Positions 57,791-64,000 of a DNA stretch of 64,000 nt are shown here, piece by piece (the stretch's first letter is position 1; the number at the start of each line of letters is the position of its first letter). A model generated the notes under the pieces. The model did not search any database. It was not told the origin of the DNA and saw nothing but the letters and a program-made list of their open reading frames with translations. A program made the position numbers and the translations under genes. Source of the stretch: the human T2T-CHM13v2.0 reference genome, Homo sapiens; assembly GCF_009914755.1 (NCBI RefSeq), contig NC_060934.1, one strand, 5' to 3'.

Positions 57791-58461
57791 TATATTATGG
57801 GCTGTTGCCTTCTGATATACTTAGTTCTCTAAAGAAAATAATACAAACGTGTACATCATACATAAGCAAACAAAAGCAAACTACTGACACTATCCTAGCT
57901 GATCCCAGAGGTGGGGGAGAAACCCTTCTGCTGGTGGTTGGAGCAGGAAGCAGGATTCACCTATTACCTTGTTCAAGGAAAGTGTTTATTGCCTTCTGAA
58001 CAATGACAGTAATTAGTGACAAAATTCACCTTCTTCCTTGAGTTACAGCCTTTGCCCCTCTGACTGAAGAAAAAGCCCTGAAAGCAATTCCCAAATAGGG
58101 CTTGTACGACACATGAGGCAACTGGTAAGAAACACATGTTCTGACCCAAAGCTGACATGTATTACAATTTAAATAATGACATAATGCCTTTGACTTGAAA
58201 GAGTTGTGTCCTTGGAACTTAGAATCTATTTCTTAATGATCAAATGGGTGAATACTTATTACAGTAAGAGCCAAAAAGGGGTAGATTTTTCCTCAATAAA
58301 ATATTGCTACATGGCTAAAAAATGTCATCCTTTTCTTGTTGATTGACAGAAATTAATGAATGGGATTTCCTCTTGCTTTAGAAAGACAGGAGCAATTAAA
58401 ACGGCCACGTGCAAAAAAGTTTAGCCGCGTAAATGGCCTCAGTTTGTATTATGTTGATTTC

Positions 58462-58561
58462 ACTGTCTTCTCATAATTGAGCAAGCACGTTAACAATGTT
58501 TACCAAATGCTTACTGTCTTCTAATAATTGAGCAAGCACGTTAACAATGTTTACAAAATGC
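58462..58561 (+). repeat. Tandem duplication, period 51 bp, 2 copies
   Basis: ACTGTCTTCT(C/A)ATAATTGAGCAAGCACGTTAACAATGTTTAC(C/A)AAATGC twice; 2 mismatches in the 49-bp core. Confidence 0.96.
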
Positions 58562-59138
58562 AACTTTTAAAGAGCCCCCCTGAACATCAGCTCCTGAGTC
58601 CCTGCCTCTGTGGGCTCAGCCGTCTCATTTTTCCTCACTCTTGATCAGGACTGGGAGGACTTTCAGATTTTACTCCTGTGTCAGGTCTGGTCTTGATTGT
58701 CCCACTGTAGTCTCAAACCCCAATAGACTTGGAGACAAATGCCCAAGGTCACAGACAGGTTTCTCCAGCCACAATACCAAGAAATGGGCCTCCGACACAC
58801 CTGCTTCCCTGCTGTGCCTTCACTTCACAGCAGGGTAGTATCCCACCCTGAGCACCAACCTGCTTAGAAATGGTTTTGGCACTATGCCTCAAATTTTACC
58901 TGTGTCAGAAGCCCTACTTGGAATTGTAAGGGAATTATATAGTATTTCCTGCTCTGTGCCCCTTGCCAAGGCAGGTAAAACAAAGGCAGGGTCACTGTGC
59001 TCCAGAGATTGATGGAAGAATCAAATAACATTTCCTGAAAAATAGATCAAGTTGACAGAGCCATCTGGACCGGGGAGTCAGGAAGGAAGTCATCTAGAGA
59101 AAGGTGTGCTCCCGGGAACCAGCAGCAGCCATCCACAG

Positions 59139-59171
59139 TGCAGGCTGTTACTGGGACGCTAGGGGGCGACT
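59139..59171 (+). promoter_or_regulatory. Candidate CTCF site (core plus upstream motif)
   Basis: Core GGGACGCTAGGGGGCGACT (59153-59171) vs consensus TGGCCACCAGGGGGCGCTA; TGCAG-type upstream module 5 bp away; CpGs retained. Confidence 0.65.
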
Positions 59172-59765
59172 GTGATGGTGACGACATTCATGTCAAAGAT
59201 GAGTGGTGGGAATTGGAAGAACACTGGGACCAGGACAAGGGGTCAGTTTGAGTCTTGTAGACACAACTGCAGAAACACTGCAAATGATTAGTCAACAACT
59301 AATGGGTTAAAGGTGATACTGAAAGAATGGATGCACCAAAAACTGGAAGGGAGATTAAGAACAGGACCACCTAATTTCAATAGAAGTTTCTGATTTTTCA
59401 TAAAAATTACTGATTGTGCAGATATGTGCTGAAATAATAAAGGGTACATTTAAGAAATGTGATTGAGAACAGACTTTCATGAAGTGGCCAGATTTGATGA
59501 GGTATAAACAGGGAAGGTTAACCAGCAACACCCCCAATTCACTATGGCTACAGTTTGATGGTAATGGAGGGTCCACTGATTACAGTGAGGAGAGGTAGGA
59601 TTTGAGGAAATGACAACACCTTCATTTCTGAGTATAATGCTCTTTCTCTGCAGGACATGGCAGGCCAAGTACAGTGTGCTATAGGACCTCAGATCCTGTA
59701 AGCAGGAGAATGTAGAGGGTCCATCTGTAACTCCAGGCAGAGGCTTGACTTCTGCAAAGTCTCCT

Positions 59766-60185
59766 TGCTATAGTTGAGTTTGTCCCCTGTCAAATTCCAT
59801 GTTGAAATGTGATTCCCAATGTGAATGTGGTGGTGCTGGAGGTGGGGACTAGTGGGAGGTGTTTGGGTCGTGGGTTTGGATCGCTCATGAATGGCTTGGT
59901 GTCCTTCCTGCAATAGTGAGTTCTTGCTCTTTTGAGACTGGATTCCCGTGACAGTGGGTTGTTACAAAGTGAGCCTCCTTCACTTGTTCAGTCCTCTGTT
60001 TGAACGTGTCAGCTTCCCCTTGGCCTTCTCCAGGTTATGACACAGTGTGAAAGCCCTTGTCAGAAGCCAGGGCCATGCTCTTGAACTTCCCAGGCTACAA
60101 AACTGTGAGCTAAATGAACTTCTCTTATTTATAAATGGCTCACTATCAGGTATTCCATTATAGCAACACTAAGTGGACTATGACA
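59766..60185 (+). mobile_element. MSTB/MSTB1-like solo LTR
   Basis: TGCTATAGTTG...CATGTTGAAATGTGATTCCCAATG...CTCATGAATGGCTTGG...CAGGTATTCCATTATAGCAACAC...GGACTATGACA. Confidence 0.9.
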
Positions 60186-61229
60186 CCCCCTAGCCTCCTG
60201 GTGGAGGGAAAGGCAGTCGGTGCCCCCACCATCCCTGGGACCCTCCTACCTGACACAGGCACCAGCTGCATGGATCACCAAACTTCCCTCACACTGCCTT
60301 GGGAAACTGAGGAAGCAAAGGAAAGTTCACCCATTCAATCAGTCTCTTATAATCTTATCGCGCATAGAAATCACTCTGCATATATTTATTGTGGTAATAA
60401 AAAAAAAAACCTAGTCCCCAAATGTTGAATGCAAATATGAATTTTGGTCTACTCTTGCTCACTGGAACTTAAAAGGTTGAAATATCCAAATTGAAATATC
60501 CAAAGAAAATAGATTATAAAAATAGACTGAGAAATCAGATCTAGCAGTTCACAATTTATCGACATAGACATGAGCACTGAAACTATGACAGCAGGGGGTA
60601 GACAAAGGAAATGATTTGACCAAAGGTGCATTTTAACTTAACAGCAAAGGATGTGGCACAATGCACTCAAGTTGAGGCCAAAACTCAAATTTTAGCATTA
60701 TCCTCAAACTTTCTTTTACAATTTTCCTAGATTATTTGTGTTGCTTAGACATTTCTCTTTAATACTACATTATCTCTGAGTACAGTCTTTATTTGGGTAA
60801 TAGATGATAGGACCAATTTTGAGTGAAGACTCAAAAAATATAAAATTCACATTAATGCAGTAAACCAAATTACCTCCAAGTAGATAGATAAGGAATACGA
60901 TGATGATTTAAATATGGTTTACTGAAATGAAAAATCTTGTCATTTTATAAGCCTGTCAGCATACTGTCTAATGATAGGATAAAGCAAATATTATTTTCCA
61001 TGGCATAGTTGAATAATTTGGAAAAAAGAGATGTGAGTTAAATATGACCAGAACATTTAACTCTGCTAGCTTGATTTGAGAGATGGAAATACCAGACTGT
61101 CAAATAGAAACCCCATCCTTCTGCTTTATCACTAACACAATCATCAGAACCTTAGAAAAATGTGCTTGGAATTATTGTTTGGGAGCATTCAGTTATAACA
61201 CTTTCAAATCAAACATCTTTTATCAATAT

Positions 61230-61320
61230 TGCTTAGCAGTAGTTATCATCGCTAATTTTACCAACAAAGTAACTGAGGCATAAAACGGCTTTCTGGAGGT
61301 CATAGAAGAAGTTGATGTCA
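61230..61320 (-). mobile_element. MIR fragment
   Basis: TTATCATCGCTAATTTTACCAACAAAGTAACTGAGGCATAAA. Confidence 0.5.
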
Positions 61321-61604
61321 TAACTCACGAGACCATGTAAAAGCTACATGGGGAGAGAAGAACTTTAAAATAAATAGTTTAAAAGGCAGTTTTGCTTCTG
61401 TTAGAATCTGATCAGTCTTTTTCTGTAAAAAGCATTTCTAAACAATCAGATACTCATTTTTTAAAAACATGTTTATCAGTTTTGTTTTGAACCTCTTAGA
61501 AAAATATGAGAACATAACTAAATATAAGTTGAAATGTCCTCAGGTCAGTATTTCAATGGAACTGCTCTACACCAAGCTCTAAACTGGAGGTGGGGCTTTA
61601 AAAG

Positions 61605-61960
61605 AGTAAATAAGGTACAGATATGATTTCCGTGTTTGCATTTCTGTAAGTCTAGCAAGAGAAGTTAGACAAGTAAATAGATTGTCCCAAAACAGTATGG
61701 TAATTGAAGTTATGGCCCTGGTACCCACAATAGTTCATCAAGGATATGCAAGGAAGAGACTTTAATGGCAATAGGAACCCTCCCTAGAGGAAGTCAACTC
61801 TGAGCTACATTTTGGGACATGAATAAAAATCAGCCAGGCAAGGAAGGCATAGTTAATAGCATGAACAAAAAACAAAACAGAAAAGCAAGGAGCAGGCGTG
61901 TGGGCATGGGTATGGAAGGCCAGGCTATGCTATTAGAACATAAACTCTGAGGCTGGACAG
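61605..61960 (-). mobile_element. L2 fragment
   Basis: AGTCTAGCAAGAGAAGTTAGACAAGTAAATAG...CCCTAGAGGAAGTCAACTCTGAGCT...ATAGCATGAACAAA. Confidence 0.6.
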
Positions 61961-62747
61961 CTTGGCCGAGGCCAGAAGCAGAATGAACTCTTGTGATTAC
62001 CCTCTGAATACATCTATGCTGCTATTGATTCTGCACCTCGTTCATTATTGAGAGACAGTAAAAGGGAACTTGCTTTACAGATTTTTAATTCAAGATTTCC
62101 TTTCCTTTGGAGTTTTAAGTTTGGAAGCATATGCACCTCTGTACCAGGGGAAGAAAGAGAGAGTGCTGGTCAACCTGCCTATGAGTATTGCGTGTGTCTA
62201 TAGAACAGCTTGCTGAGGAGGGGCTTTAAAGAGACTGATGCTCATGGGGATAAGAGGAACAGACATTACTTAGGCCCCTTCCTCTCTGCAGGCCTGGAAG
62301 CATTTAACACGTGGTCAGCCTCAGCAAGAACCAAGCATATTCTTACTGGGATTGCAGGCACGCAGTTGATAACATAAGCTCAGCCCTTGATCTGATTGAG
62401 AAATTGAAAAAAAATAAGAGCAAGGCTGATGAGAGACCAAAATATGACCCTTAATAAGGCTGCTAGTGGAGGATGTGACTTATCTTGGGTGAGTGGACTC
62501 CCTGGTATGGAAGTGCCTTCACACCCAATCGGAGCCAGGCTGGTCTGGGGTAGGCCTCCCCATGAGGCGGTGCTCCTGTAAAACTGGAAACTCTTATGTC
62601 CTGGACCCGCTTAGATAAATAGGTGCTTTTTGCAGGCCGGTAGTTCCACATAAAAAAACCAGGAAGAGAGCTGGCTGCATGAGGTCACTTTTTTCCTCTG
62701 CATTTATCCACAACAGCAATTTCTGCACCTCAGCAGGCCTTGGCCAG

Positions 62748-63150
62748 AAGGGATGGTCTCATGGACACTGGCCAGTGTGGTCACCCAGGCCCTGTGCTCA
62801 GGAAGTCCCCACACTTAGGGCATCAGGGTCTGCAGGTATTGTGTTGAATTTTGTGATAATTTCATGTTGGAACTTTTGTTTTGTAAGGGCAGTTCCATGG
62901 ACACTGGAGCATGTCCTGGGCTCAGAGCCTCAGCTCACATGTGGTAACCACTCCTGCTACCTTCCTGCCTCCTGGAATGGGCTCTCAGGTGCCCATACAC
63001 AAGCACCCTGATCCCCAAGGCCCACTCTCAAAGTGTCCCATCCCCCAGTGACTGATGCAATCTCCTGGCCATGGCATCTCTGGTGGGGCATGGCAATGTG
63101 AGTCCTTTCCCTGGATGGGGTTTGCTAGGGTGTGTTTTGGGATCAAGCAT
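62748..63150 (+). mobile_element. MER45-family hAT-Tip100 fragment
   Basis: CAGGCCCTGTGCTCAGGAAGTCCCCACACTT...GAACTTTTGTTTTGTAAG...TGGAGCATG...GAGCCTCAGCTCAC. Confidence 0.65.
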
Positions 63151-63309
63151 ATAGGAATGATCCTCTAATCATCCTGAGCCCCAGCCCTCTTACGAATCTT
63201 TGAAGGGTGCTTGTCATTGTGGCTTGGGGTGATGCCCATAGGAATGGGGGGGCATGTGGCTCTACTCCCCTGGGCCCTTTGGCGATGTTGCCCATGAGCC
63301 CTTGCCCTC

Positions 63310-63479
63310 CACTGTGCCCTCACAAACCCCAGCCAAGAACACCTTAGGAAGACAAATTTAAGGCTCTCCTCCCATTTCCTCGCTTGCCACCCTGAAATCA
63401 TTAAACTCGTTCTTTGCTGCAGTCCTTGCTGTCTCAGTGTTGGACTGTTACTGCATGCACACCTACTGGTTCTATGACA
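63310..63479 (+). mobile_element. ERV1-type LTR 3' (R/U5) fragment
   Basis: CTCCCATTTCCTCGCTTG...ATTAAACTC.TTCTTTGCTGCA...TGCTGTCTCAGTGT...GACA. Confidence 0.55.
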
Positions 63480-64000
63480 GAGCCAGAGATGATCATGAGA
63501 TTCTGACTTCTCTGGAAATATGAAGAAATTCAGGAAATAGCAGTGAACTGTCTACCCGACCTGAACTTAAGGGTTAAGCCAATTTTTCTAGGCTGTTGTT
63601 GATGTTTGGATTGCAGATAAAGTGAAATATATCCAGCAGATGCATATTGCTATTCAAGTGGGGAATCAAGAAGAGCTGATCAATCTTTAAGTTGTGACAT
63701 GAACGGGCCCACTAGTGGGGAGCCACACGGGCTTTGGACTAGCCTCTGCTCTTCCTGTGTGAGCCATTTGGGAGGTATCTGCTGAGGTCCCCAGTGAGAC
63801 TTGCATCTGCTGGGCCCAGCACCCTTGTTTTCCTCAGTCCCCACCCCAGCCTGTGCTGAGTGTTGGTGTCCTGTGCTCAGCGTTCTGCTCTTGCAGCCTG
63901 GCACATCTCAGTTAGGTGCCTCATCCTGTGGAAAAGGCTCCATCAGCTTAAGTGACCTCCCAAATTGGAAATTTCATTTGGCCAATACTGATGGGTGGCA

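Noticed and set aside
58462-58561. Direct repeat as a CRISPR-like array
   Set aside because: Only two adjacent units with no spacers, in eukaryotic DNA

Overview
Primate (human or great-ape-like) non-coding DNA, AT-rich and heavily made of interspersed repeats: 13 Alu or partial Alu copies (J, S and Y types), several old L1M/L1MA/L1PA blocks, L2 and MIR relics, MaLR/ERVL/ERV1 LTRs, an ERVL pol/dUTPase remnant, and the DNA transposons Tigger3, MER1B, MER58A and MER45. I cannot support any protein-coding gene, structural RNA gene or CpG island, and the listed ORFs are chance or repeat-derived. I found no new multi-gene system. The most interesting signals are local copy-paste scars. (1) A 214-bp, gap-free, about 95%-identical inverted duplication of apparently unique DNA (13072-13285 / 15439-15652) flanks a 2.15-kb potentially invertible segment. 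(2) An insertion of about 184 bp at 55255-55438 is stitched from two nearby templates (25 bp of an L1 at 52670 plus the flank, tail and part of the Alu at 53834) and sits inside an 8-bp hairpin. (3) A 51-bp tandem duplication of a SOX/FOX/homeobox motif cluster lies about 600 bp from a strong CTCF motif. A compound GGAA array with runs of 15/13/10/6/2 is also notable. Repeat subfamily names come from remembered consensus sequences, not a RepeatMasker run, and boundaries of old repeats are approximate.
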